Assembly: GCA_021825655.1 (NCBI GenBank)
Contig: JAKAGU010000002.1
Location: 13,129 to 77,128, forward strand
Direction: 5' to 3'
DNA: 64,000 bases
Source of the DNA: a bacterium
Lineage (GTDB): Bacteria > Patescibacteriota > Doudnabacteria > UBA920
Below the pieces are notes generated by a model, which was not told where the DNA came from, did not search any database, and was given only the letters and a program-made list of their open reading frames with translations. This document shows, one piece after another, positions 8,131-16,694 of the stretch. How positions within the stretch are numbered: position 1 is the first letter of the stretch; every line of letters begins with the position of its first letter. Position numbers and translations under genes: made by a program.

Positions 8131-8544
8131 TCAAAGTTGAATTATTTGTTTGTCTACGAGTTCCTTAAAATAAATATCCAGTTCGGCTTCGCTCAAATTT
8201 TTAATCTCCGCGGCCTCAAACCACCTGGCCTCCAAATGGTCGTCGTCCAAAACCGGCTCGCCCGCAATCTCACCCGTATAGCTCAAGCGCACCACATGCC
8301 GGCCGGGCACGCGCAGAATATCCTGTGCGGCCACGAGTTTTGGGTCGCCCGCGTATTCCAGCCTAACTTCTTCCAAAATTTCGCGCCTTAAGTTACCAAG
8401 CAGCGGACTGCCCGGCTCAATGCGGCCGCCCACAATATCCCATTTGGGTCCGACCTCCGGATATTTTTTGGGGTTGCGGCGCACCAGCAGGTATTGGCCT
8501 GCCGGATTCTTGAGCAAAATTTTTACGCCGACCTGGAGTTCCAT
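8131..8544 (-). CDS. NUDIX hydrolase
   Basis: Nudix box GGRIEPG....LRREILEEVRL. Confidence 0.9.
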   Translation of the reverse strand: MELQVGVKILLKNPAGQYLLVRRNPKKYPEVGPKWDIVGGRIEPGSPLLGNLRREILEEVRLEYAGDPKLVAAQDILRVPGRHVVRLSYTGEIAGEPVLDDDHLEARWFEAAEIKNLSEAELDIYFKELVDKQIIQL

Positions 8545-8547
8545 AAC

Positions 8548-9177
8548 TTACAGATTTTTACTGCTTTCAAAAAATTCTTTGCCGCGAGCCGCCAGCAAGT
8601 CCCGGCCCCAGGCAACAATAAATTCGGCCATTTCTTTTTTGGCAACAGCATCCTTAAATTTGGCGATTTTGGAATGCAGGCCTTTTTCCGCCATATGGAT
8701 ATCGCCCTCGGACAAACGGCCCATGTACAGCTTATAGTGCGTCGCTTCCACATAGTCGGCAATCTTGGCCACCAGTCCTTCGTCGGTTTTGGGTTCCATA
8801 ATTTCGTCACCGGCCTTGCGGAAAGCCGCGGCCTGAGGCCCAAAAAACTTGGACAGATACACCAAATTTTCTTTTTCAAAATTTTTGGCCAATTTTCTGG
8901 CCTTGGGGTTGGCGCGCGCATAGGGCATGGAAATGTCCCCGCCCAAAAGCTCGCCTAAGTCGTGCACCAACGCCAGCTCCAGAACTTTTTCCACATTCAA
9001 TTTTGCGCCTTTCGCATTGAGGTTGGCCGCCAGCTGCCAGGCGATGAACGCGACCAAATAGTGGTGCTGGGCCAAATCGGAAAGCTCGTCTTTGGGAATG
9101 CCGGCGAGGGCATAGCCGTACTGCGGCTGGGACCGGGCCAGCTCAATCAGCCGGAAAAGTTCAGTCAGTTTATTCAC
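8548..9177 (-). CDS. HD-domain phosphohydrolase (YfbR-like 5'-deoxynucleotidase family)
   Basis: LAQHHY, ALVHDLGE..GDI, KIADYVE. Confidence 0.85.
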   Translation of the reverse strand: MNKLTELFRLIELARSQPQYGYALAGIPKDELSDLAQHHYLVAFIAWQLAANLNAKGAKLNVEKVLELALVHDLGELLGGDISMPYARANPKARKLAKNFEKENLVYLSKFFGPQAAAFRKAGDEIMEPKTDEGLVAKIADYVEATHYKLYMGRLSEGDIHMAEKGLHSKIAKFKDAVAKKEMAEFIVAWGRDLLAARGKEFFESSKNL

Positions 9178-10456
9178 GGGTTTTTTTTAAGGCTTTAATC
9201 AGGCCGGCCGTATCCAGCTCCTGCTCTTGGGACGCGGCCAAATTTTTCAGTTTGAATTTTTGGGTCTTGGCTTCTTCCTCTCCCACCACCAGGACAAACG
9301 GGATTTTTTCCCGGTCTGCGGTTTTCACTTGGGCGGAAACTTTACGCGCTGTCAGGTCTTCGACCACGCGCACGCCTGCCTGCCTCAATTCTCCAGCCAA
9401 TGCGCCCGCGGGCTCCAAAAATCCTTCCAAATGGCAGATATAAACGTCAACCGGCGGCCGGTATTCGGGTAAAAGTTTGTAGGTTTCCAAAAAATCGCGG
9501 ATAGTCACATCGCCCATACCAAAACCCACGCCCGGCACCTTGTCCACGCCGAAAATACCCACCAAGTCATCGTATCGGCCGCCCCCGAACAGCGCCCGGT
9601 TATTTACGGGGCTGGTGTCAAAAATTTCAAAAACCGTGCCTGTATAGTAGTCAAAGCCCCTGACCAGCGTGGGGTCAAATACAAAGTTTTTAATACCGGC
9701 CGTAGCCAAAGCCTCAAACACCCGGCGCAGCTCCGCTACGCCTTCCCCTTGCGGCACTTTTTCGCCCAGCTCGTCCAAGCTTTTTACATACAAAATTTCT
9801 TCCAAAAGCTTGGTCTTTTCGCCCAAAATTTCCCGGGCCGAGGCCAAAAACTCTTCGGCTTTCATTTTATGCATGCGGTCAACGAGTTTGGAAAGCTTGT
9901 GCGCCCCTTCCGCATCCAGCTGCAAATGCTTGTGCAGCAAATAATTCAGCAACCGGCGATCGTTGATGCGGATTTCAAAAGCCTCATCCGAGGCCCCAAA
10001 GGCCTTCATGATGCCGTAGGCCACTTTCACGATTTCCACATCGGCTTCCGCGGACTCTACGCCGAACATATCCACGTTCAGCTGCCAGTGCTCCCTGAGG
10101 CGCCCCCGCTGGGGACGCTCGTACCTAAAAAGGTTCGGCACGGAAAACCAGCGCAAAGGAAAAACCAGCTCTTTGCGCTTTTGGGCCACCATGCGGGCCA
10201 CGGTCGGCGTCATTTCCGGCCGGATGGTCACATCCCGTCCGCCGCGGTCGGTGAAAGTATAGGTTTGCTCATTGACTATCTCTTCCCCGCTTTTAGCTTT
10301 ATACAGGGCGGTTTCTTCCAGAATGGAAGCGTTGTATTCCAAATAACCGAAACTCTCGGCAACTTTTTTCCATACGCCGAAAATGTAATTCTGATAAAAC
10401 TGGTCTGCGGGATAAAAATCCCGGGTGCCTTTGTAGGGTTCTAAAGAGAGGCTCAT
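9170..10456 (-). CDS. hisS: Histidine--tRNA ligase
   Basis: KGTRDF, IRPEMTP, FRYERPQRGRLREHWQ, VRGFDYYTG, GGGRYD; C-terminal anticodon-binding domain. Confidence 0.97.
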   Translation of the reverse strand: MSLSLEPYKGTRDFYPADQFYQNYIFGVWKKVAESFGYLEYNASILEETALYKAKSGEEIVNEQTYTFTDRGGRDVTIRPEMTPTVARMVAQKRKELVFPLRWFSVPNLFRYERPQRGRLREHWQLNVDMFGVESAEADVEIVKVAYGIMKAFGASDEAFEIRINDRRLLNYLLHKHLQLDAEGAHKLSKLVDRMHKMKAEEFLASAREILGEKTKLLEEILYVKSLDELGEKVPQGEGVAELRRVFEALATAGIKNFVFDPTLVRGFDYYTGTVFEIFDTSPVNNRALFGGGRYDDLVGIFGVDKVPGVGFGMGDVTIRDFLETYKLLPEYRPPVDVYICHLEGFLEPAGALAGELRQAGVRVVEDLTARKVSAQVKTADREKIPFVLVVGEEEAKTQKFKLKNLAASQEQELDTAGLIKALKKTRE

Positions 10457-10498
10457 TGGATGTTTTATTTGAAAAAATGTAAGGTAACAAATAATTTC

Positions 10499-10572
10499 TG
10501 GAGCGGAATACGGGAATCGGACCCGTGCCTAAACCTTGGGAAGGTCTCGTACTGCCATTATACTAATTCCGC
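10499..10572 (-). tRNA. tRNA-Gly(CCC)
   Basis: GCGGAATTAGTATAATGGCAGTACGAGACC-TTCCCAA-GGTTTAGGCACGGGTCCGATTCCCGTATTCCGCTCCA; cloverleaf, CCC anticodon, encoded CCA. Confidence 0.93.
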
Positions 10573-10690
10573 ATTTATACATCTGCCCGCAGCGGGAACC
10601 TGAAAAGCCTATTTATTATACCAAATTATTAGGGGTTCCGCCTAATGGGGGCTTTGACACTGCGTACGGATTATGGAAAAATCAAGAGAG

Positions 10691-12208
10691 ATGAAAAAAT
10701 CCATACGCAAAATCCCGGCCACCATGGCCACCCAGCACCCGGACCATGCCAACCGGCCGTACTGGCAAAAAGACGCCTTTATTCCCACGCTCAAAGAAGC
10801 TGAGGAATGTTTTTTGTGCTTTTCAGATTTGGGAATTAGCGAATACAAATGGGACTGGGAAGGCAAGCTAGTGGACGAGTCCGTGTTGGAAAGACTCCTG
10901 GCCGAGCACTTCCAGTACTTTAAAGACCAGCCCTTGGGCCAAAAAAAGTTTTTGACTTTCCGCCTGCCCAACCCCAAAGTGGAAACCGAATTCCGCCTGG
11001 GACGCGCGCTCATGGGTATGCTGACGGCGGCCAGTCTTGCCCGCCAGGCCGAGCTGCACACGCCGCCCATGTTTGAAGTTATTTTGCCCATGACCGAAAG
11101 CGCGGAGGAAATGATAGATATCCAGGAAGCTTTTGCCGAGGTGGCTAACCTAAAGCACCGGCTTTATAACCATGAAAAAAACGCGCTCAAGCATATAGAG
11201 ATTGTGCCGCTGTTTGAAAGCGTGCAAAACATTGCGGAGTCGGACCGGATTCTGGAGGACTACCTGCGCCTCCATAAATGGAAGTTCGGCTTTGTGCCTC
11301 AATACATGCGGCCGTACGTGGCGCGTTCCGACCCCGCCCTTAACTCCGGCCTGGTACCTACTGTGCTGGCGATAAAAATTGCCTTATCGCGCTACCGCCA
11401 GTTTGAGGAAAAACACAAAATAAAGCTTTTCCCGGTAATTGGTGTGGGCACGCTACCATTTCGCGGCAGCCTTAACCCGTTGCGCATCAATGATTTTATA
11501 AAAGAATACAAAGGCATACGCACGGCCATTATCCAAAGCGCTTTCAGGTACGACTTCCCTAAGGACAAGGTAAAGGCCGCAATCGCCAGGCTGGATAAAC
11601 AGCTGCCCCAAGGCCAAGCCAAACTCATCCCCGCGGACGAGATACAAAAGCTGCTGGAATTGATTCGGCCGTTCGAAACAGCTTACCAAAAAACCGTGGA
11701 AAAAATCGCCCCGCTGGTTAACCAGGTGGCAGCCCATCTGCCCAAACGCCGGGAACGCGTGCTGCACACCGGCCTGTTCGGCTACAACCGCGGCGTGGGC
11801 AAGGTCCGTTTGCCCCGGGCCATCAGCTACACGGCTGCGCTATATTCTTTGGGCGTGCCGCCGGAGCTGATCGGCACCGGCCGAGGCCTGAAGCTGGCTG
11901 CGGAAAAACACGGCGTTAAGCTCATCAAAAAATACTACCTAAACCTCAAAACCGACATGCAAGCGGCCGGAAACTACCTGAGCCGCGGCGTCCTTAAGGA
12001 GCTTGCCAAAAATCACTTGGAGTGGACGCAGGTCCAGGAAGACGTTAAGTCAATTGAACGCGCCTTGAGTATAAAACTCGGGCCCAAAACCCGCGAACAG
12101 AAAGAACATGCCAGACTGTCGGAGCTTATCCACAAAAAGCTGCTCAAAAACAAAAACCCGCAAAGAGAAATTGAAAAAGCCGCGCTCTTAAGGCGCAGTA
12201 TGGGCTAA
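10691..12208 (+). CDS. ppcA: Archaeal-type phosphoenolpyruvate carboxylase
   Basis: IPATMATQHPD, EYKWDWEGK, FLTFRLPNP, FEVILPMT, ARSDPALNSG, LPFRGSL, QSAFRYD, LPRAISYT..LYSLGVPPE; about 505 aa. Confidence 0.93.
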   Translation: MKKSIRKIPATMATQHPDHANRPYWQKDAFIPTLKEAEECFLCFSDLGISEYKWDWEGKLVDESVLERLLAEHFQYFKDQPLGQKKFLTFRLPNPKVETEFRLGRALMGMLTAASLARQAELHTPPMFEVILPMTESAEEMIDIQEAFAEVANLKHRLYNHEKNALKHIEIVPLFESVQNIAESDRILEDYLRLHKWKFGFVPQYMRPYVARSDPALNSGLVPTVLAIKIALSRYRQFEEKHKIKLFPVIGVGTLPFRGSLNPLRINDFIKEYKGIRTAIIQSAFRYDFPKDKVKAAIARLDKQLPQGQAKLIPADEIQKLLELIRPFETAYQKTVEKIAPLVNQVAAHLPKRRERVLHTGLFGYNRGVGKVRLPRAISYTAALYSLGVPPELIGTGRGLKLAAEKHGVKLIKKYYLNLKTDMQAAGNYLSRGVLKELAKNHLEWTQVQEDVKSIERALSIKLGPKTREQKEHARLSELIHKKLLKNKNPQREIEKAALLRRSMG

Positions 12209-12210
12209 GC

Positions 12211-12248
12211 AAAAGGGAACCGCACAACCTGCCGGTTCCCTGTTTTTT
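12211..12248. terminator. Terminator between convergent ppcA and the orphan gene
   Basis: AGGGAACCG...CGGTTCCCT-GTTTTTTT. Confidence 0.7.
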
Positions 12249-12256
12249 TGCGCTGC

Positions 12257-12664
12257 CTACATGCCGCGAATGACATAGGTCGCCTTGAAGCCCGAAAGCT
12301 TGAAGTACGCCTTAGTGCAATTCATGGAACAGAAGAGCAGCCTTTCCACCACACCCACTGCCATATCGTGCAGCCTTTGGTACTCCGTCATTTCTTCGGG
12401 CAAGGCCGGCCTGAGCAGAAACGCATGGGCAAAGTTCCTTAAAGCCGTCTGCTGTTCAAAGGGCTTAAGTCCGAATACCGCCACATCCACGCCGTGGATC
12501 CTTGAGCAAGTACCGAAACCCTCGCTGATGCCCAAAAAGTGGAGTGGCACCCGGCCTTCGCCCAAATAGAACTCGTTGTAGGTATGAAGGGCGCTCGGCA
12601 GTGCCGGACGTCCCTCGAATAAGGTTTCCATCGTCCTGCGCTGGTCCTGTCTGAGGTGCGCCAT
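12257..12664 (-). CDS. Hypothetical protein (135 aa) downstream of a putative attenuator
   Basis: GGAGG Shine-Dalgarno just before ATG 12664 (MAHLRQDQRR...); no recognised family. Confidence 0.6.
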   Translation of the reverse strand: MAHLRQDQRRTMETLFEGRPALPSALHTYNEFYLGEGRVPLHFLGISEGFGTCSRIHGVDVAVFGLKPFEQQTALRNFAHAFLLRPALPEEMTEYQRLHDMAVGVVERLLFCSMNCTKAYFKLSGFKATYVIRGM

Positions 12665-12678
12665 AATAATTCCTCCGT

Positions 12679-12705
12679 AAAAAAATCCCCTTCTGGTGAA
12701 AGGGG
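12679..12705 (-). terminator. Attenuator terminator in the leader of 12257..12664
   Basis: Minus strand CCCCTT-TCACCAG-AAGGGG-A-TTTTTTT directly before the Shine-Dalgarno site. Confidence 0.75.
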
Positions 12706-12744
12706 TGTGGCTGGTTGCAAGCTTTGCACTCAAACAGACCGCTT

Positions 12745-12801
12745 TCACGAAGAAAGGGCCATCATCATCAAACCGCGGTGCTGGAGGTTCTGAAATTTCA
12801 T
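12745..12801 (-). CDS. Putative leader peptide MKFQNLQHRGLMMMALSS
   Basis: 18 codons; TATCAT -10 six nt before the ATG; stop codon lies inside the antiterminator 5' strand. Confidence 0.55.
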   Translation of the reverse strand: MKFQNLQHRGLMMMALSS

Positions 12802-12823
12802 AACTGTATGATAATATTAATTT

Positions 12824-13756
12824 ATGAATAAAAAATCGTCAACTCCCAGCCTCCTCGTCATTGGCTCCGTGGCCTTTGACGACATTGAGACGCCTTTCGG
12901 CAAATCCAAAAAAACCTTAGGCGGCAGCGCTACCTATATTTCGCTCGCTGCCAGCTACTTTACCAAACCCGGCCTGGTGGCCGTAGTGGGCGAAGATTTT
13001 AAACAGCAGCATTGCGAAATTTTACAAAACAGAAAAGTCGACCTTATGGGCCTGGAAATGGCCAAAGGCAAAACCTTCGCCTGGGGCGGCAAGTACCACT
13101 TTGATTTAAACACCCGGGAAACCCTGTTCACGCATTTGAACGTGTTCGAAAATTTTTCTCCCGAGCTTTCCCCTGCCCACAGGAATACCCCTTATGCATT
13201 TTTGGGAAACACCCACCCGGCCCAGCAGATTAGAATCATTTCCCAGTTAAAAAACCCGAAATTCGTAGGCCTGGACACCATGAACTATTGGATAGAAAAA
13301 ACCCCCAAGGAATTGGGACAGGTTTTAAAAATGGTGGACGCGCTAGTCATAAACGATTCCGAAGCGCGGGAGCTTTCCAAAGAACACAACTTGCTGAAAG
13401 CCGCGAAAAAAATCTCCGGTTTAATGCACCAAAGCAGAAAACGCCTGCTGATTATAAAGCGCGGCGAATACGGCCTACTGCTTTTCCAGGGCGGCAAGAT
13501 TTTCCACTTGCCCGGTTTCCCATTGGAAGACGTGGTTGATCCCACAGGCGCGGGCGATAGCTTCGCCGGCGGATTTATGGGACACTTGTCGGCCAAATCG
13601 GACTTTTCCTGGGACAGCTTCAAAAAAGCCTGCGTGGCCGGTTCCGCCATGGCCAGTTTCTGCGTGCAGGACTTCGGCACCCAAACCTTGCAAAACTTAA
13701 GCCGCACAAAGATTAGCCAACGCATTCAAGGCTTCAGGCACCTGACCCGCTTCTAA
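12824..13756 (+). CDS. PfkB-family sugar/nucleoside kinase
   Basis: IGSVAFDDIETP, LGGSATY, DTMNYWI, DPTGAGDSFAGG. Confidence 0.92.
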   Translation: MNKKSSTPSLLVIGSVAFDDIETPFGKSKKTLGGSATYISLAASYFTKPGLVAVVGEDFKQQHCEILQNRKVDLMGLEMAKGKTFAWGGKYHFDLNTRETLFTHLNVFENFSPELSPAHRNTPYAFLGNTHPAQQIRIISQLKNPKFVGLDTMNYWIEKTPKELGQVLKMVDALVINDSEARELSKEHNLLKAAKKISGLMHQSRKRLLIIKRGEYGLLLFQGGKIFHLPGFPLEDVVDPTGAGDSFAGGFMGHLSAKSDFSWDSFKKACVAGSAMASFCVQDFGTQTLQNLSRTKISQRIQGFRHLTRF

Positions 13757-13851
13757 TTTATAGATTATCGGGTCCCCGCAAAAGCCTGCGGGGTGTCTTG
13801 ACATTTGGCGTAAAATCCTTAAAATACTTCCAATACCCAGGAGGTATCCAC

Positions 13852-14004
13852 TTGAAGAACCCTACCCGGAAAACCCTTGAACCCAGAACCGCACTCCGCG
13901 GCCAGCCCCCAAGGGAACAGTATACGGGCCTTGCGCCCGACCTGGCGGAATTCCGCAATACCAAGAAAGCAGACATGCCCCGCCGGGCGCACAATCAACA
14001 GTGA
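13852..14004 (+). CDS. Small basic hypothetical protein (50 aa, TTG start)
   Basis: TTGACA-N16-TAAAAT promoter at 13798-13825, GGAGGT Shine-Dalgarno, and a terminator (GCCGGACGCG..CGCGTCCGGC-TTTCCTTTT) after the stop. Confidence 0.5.
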   Translation: MKNPTRKTLEPRTALRGQPPREQYTGLAPDLAEFRNTKKADMPRRAHNQQ

Positions 14005-14274
14005 TGCAGCCGCATCACCTAAACCCGCCGGACGCGCACCACCCACGCGCGTCCGGCTTTCCTTTTGTGGATAACCCCGTTTGCTATAATACAAGTATTA
14101 AAAAACTAACGGCCAATTCCAAGCTGTATTTTTAGAAATCCGGGACAAAGATAATATCCAAAACAATCTAGAACCCCGGATTATAAATTTACAATTTGGA
14201 TTTGGAAACCACCCCGAAAAACGGGCGGCGGCTTTGGTTTTTGCCGCCTTGCTGTGTCGGGCAAAAGGAGCCAT

Positions 14275-15336
14275 ATGGCAAAAATCATGGCGGAATATAT
14301 TTGGATGGACGGCAAAAAGCCGACAGCCAAGCTCCGCTCCAAAACCAAAATCATAGAAGGGCCGGTGCGCGAACTTAAAGACCTCCCCATGTGGGGCTTT
14401 GACGGGTCTTCGACAAAGCAGGCAGAAGGGCATTTCTCCGACTGTATGTTAAAGCCCGTGTATTTTATCCCTGACCCCGTCCGCGGCGAACCCAATGTGC
14501 TGGTTATGTGCGAAGTCTTGAATGCCGACGGCACACCCCACGCCACCAACACCCGCCACCATCTGGCAAAACTCATGGAAAAATACGGGGCAGAAGAGCC
14601 GATTTTTGGTTTTGAACAGGAATATACGCTCTACCGTAAAGACTGGCCTGTGGGCTGGCCGCAGCACGGCTTTCCCCATCCCCAGGGCCGCTACTACTGC
14701 GGCGTGGGCTGCGACGAGGTTTACGGCCGAAAAGTCGTGGAAACCCACATGCGCGATTGCATCAAAGCGGGCATCAGCATTTCGGGAATTAACGCCGAAG
14801 TCATGCCCGCACAATGGGAATTCCAAATCGGCCCTTTGCCGCCTTTGGAAGCGGCAGACCAATTATGGCTGGCGCGCTGGATTTTGTACCGGCATGGCGA
14901 AGATTTCGAAGTCTATGCCAAACTGGACCCGAAACCCATGGCCGGCGACTGGAACGGCGCGGGCGGGCACACCAACTTTTCCACCAAGGCCATGCGGGAA
15001 GAAGGTGGCCTGGAGGTGATTAAACAAACCTGTGAAAAGTTATCAAAGATGCACAACCAGCACATGAAAGTTTATGGCGCGGAAAACGACCTGCGCCTGA
15101 CCGGCAAACACGAAACCTGCAGCTACAAGGAATTCCGCTACGGCGTTTCCGACCGGGGCGCCTCGGTGCGCATTCCTATGGACACGGCCAATAAAGGCAA
15201 AGGCTACCTGGAAGACCGGCGGCCCGCAGCCAATCTGGACCCTTACCAAGTGTGCACAGCGCTCGTGGAAACCGCCTGCGGCAGCGGCTTTGATCCGGAA
15301 AAGTACGGCTGGCAAAATTTTGATCCGGAAAAGTAA
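14275..15336 (+). CDS. glnII: Glutamine synthetase type II
   Basis: AEYIWMDG..LRSKTK, WGFDGSST.QAEG..SDC.LKPV, GFEQEYT, YYCGVG, GINAEVMPAQWEFQIGP, DWNGAGGHTNFST, RLTGKHET, DRGASVRIP, YLEDRRPAAN; about 353 aa; AAGGAG Shine-Dalgarno. Confidence 0.93.
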   Translation: MAKIMAEYIWMDGKKPTAKLRSKTKIIEGPVRELKDLPMWGFDGSSTKQAEGHFSDCMLKPVYFIPDPVRGEPNVLVMCEVLNADGTPHATNTRHHLAKLMEKYGAEEPIFGFEQEYTLYRKDWPVGWPQHGFPHPQGRYYCGVGCDEVYGRKVVETHMRDCIKAGISISGINAEVMPAQWEFQIGPLPPLEAADQLWLARWILYRHGEDFEVYAKLDPKPMAGDWNGAGGHTNFSTKAMREEGGLEVIKQTCEKLSKMHNQHMKVYGAENDLRLTGKHETCSYKEFRYGVSDRGASVRIPMDTANKGKGYLEDRRPAANLDPYQVCTALVETACGSGFDPEKYGWQNFDPEK

Positions 15337-15380
15337 ATACCCCGGCCGCCTGCAGTCCGCATTGGTGGTATAATGTATTT

Positions 15381-15713
15381 ATGAACCACGAACCCCACCA
15401 CCCGCTCATCAGAAAAAGAATATACCGCAACCTGGAACCCTACCCGCACCCCGACCCCAAAAAACAATTTTTGGATCAGCTGATTTTTGTCATTGGAGCG
15501 CTGGGCCCCCTTTCCACCCTGCCCCAGATTTACACCATTTTTGCACACAAAAACGCAGCTGGGGTATCGGCTTTTTCCTGGTTTGCTTATTTCCTGTTTT
15601 CCATTGTCTGGGTCGTATACGGAGTCGTTCACAAAGAAAAGGCCATTATCTTCACCTACAGCCTCTGGATACTGATGAACGGCTTAGTGGCCCTGGGAGC
15701 GATAATTTATTAA
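15381..15713 (+). CDS. SemiSWEET / PQ-loop family transporter
   Basis: Three TM helices, TLPQIY motif, AAGVS..SW, WVVYG. Confidence 0.85.
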   Translation: MNHEPHHPLIRKRIYRNLEPYPHPDPKKQFLDQLIFVIGALGPLSTLPQIYTIFAHKNAAGVSAFSWFAYFLFSIVWVVYGVVHKEKAIIFTYSLWILMNGLVALGAIIY

Positions 15714-15748
15714 AAAACACCCGCCTCACTTAAAAGCGGGTGTTTTTT
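15713..15748. terminator. Bidirectional terminator
   Basis: AAAAAACACCCGC...GCGGGTGTTTTTT between convergent genes. Confidence 0.8.
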
Positions 15749-15755
15749 ATTCAAT

Positions 15756-16169
15756 TTAATTCCAGCCGCGGTTTTTTTGCTGCCTTAGGCTTTCCGTTTC
15801 ATCCGGCCGGGTAAAGTCGTCTTCCAAGCGGTAAGTTGTGCCTTTCTCCGGTGAAGAAACTTCAAAAAGATCGGAATCTTCCAGGGCTTCCACCCGATGC
15901 TTCTGCGGAGGCGTGATTAGGTAACCCTTTTTTAGCTCCATGGGGATTTTCCGGATTTCCCCTTCGTTGTCCTCCAGCCAAATTACGGCCTGTCCGGAAA
16001 ACAAAGTGATTACTTCTTCTTTGGTTTCGTGGTATTGGAACGAGAGTCTTTTGCCGGCGGCCACGTGCAAAATTTTGCCAGTACGCTCCGAGTCCTTGGG
16101 AGTAAGTACAATCTCATAACCCCAGGGCTTTTCCACACGTTCATAAAACGGCTCTAAAAAAAATTTCAT
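15756..16169 (-). CDS. Cupin (mannose-6-phosphate isomerase-like)
   Basis: VEKPWGYE, GKILHV..GKRLSFQYH..KEE, HRVEA, EVSSPE...RLEDDF. Confidence 0.88.
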   Translation of the reverse strand: MKFFLEPFYERVEKPWGYEIVLTPKDSERTGKILHVAAGKRLSFQYHETKEEVITLFSGQAVIWLEDNEGEIRKIPMELKKGYLITPPQKHRVEALEDSDLFEVSSPEKGTTYRLEDDFTRPDETESLRQQKNRGWN

Positions 16170-16175
16170 GGTAAG

Positions 16176-16676
16176 TTATGGTTTTTCTTTTTTTTCTTCA
16201 GACGGGGTGATAAACCCTTTTTCTACCAATTTCTTGTGCAAAGCTGCATACTCCTCATCGCTCATCCACCTCTTTTCCTGCTCCTGTTTGTAGGTTTCCC
16301 GGCGCGTAAGCTTTGGTTTTTCCGCCTTCACCGGCCGTGTCCTGGGTTTCTTTTCCACAGGCGGCTTTACCGGGCGGGGTTCAGGCCGGGACTGGGTAAC
16401 TTCCGGTGCGGCGTTGGCACTTTGCGTTCCGGCTTCCCGGACCAAATGCCTGAGCTCGCTGAAAATTTGCCGTTTAATGCTTTCCGAAGGCGCCTGGGTG
16501 TTATCGTACCATTCATAAACCCATTTTTTGGCCACGCCGACATGCTCTAAGACTGAGGCCGCAACCCGCTCCACCCCGCCGGCCGCATCCACCATGCTCC
16601 GAAATGCCCGCTGCGCTTTTGCAGCTTCGGATTCTCCGCTGTCCTCGTGCGAATAAAATTTTCTGCGTTCATCCAT
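16176..16676 (-). CDS. Hypothetical protein with possible Cro-like HTH and Pro/Lys-rich tail
   Basis: AAGGVERVAASV...GVAKKWVYEWY....PSE; resembles 16695..17057. Confidence 0.6.
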   Translation of the reverse strand: MDERRKFYSHEDSGESEAAKAQRAFRSMVDAAGGVERVAASVLEHVGVAKKWVYEWYDNTQAPSESIKRQIFSELRHLVREAGTQSANAAPEVTQSRPEPRPVKPPVEKKPRTRPVKAEKPKLTRRETYKQEQEKRWMSDEEYAALHKKLVEKGFITPSEEKKEKP

Positions 16677-16694
16677 AGCGTTAAAAAGCTACTT

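Noticed and set aside
10515-10525. Non-canonical T-loop (TCCGA) suggesting a tRNA-Gly pseudogene
   Set aside because: All stems pair and the anticodon and CCA are intact, so it is treated as a tolerated variant.
12740-12790. Fluoride riboswitch suggested by GATGATGG
   Set aside because: The pseudoknot partners and downstream consensus are missing. The uORF with terminator/antiterminator explains the sequence better.
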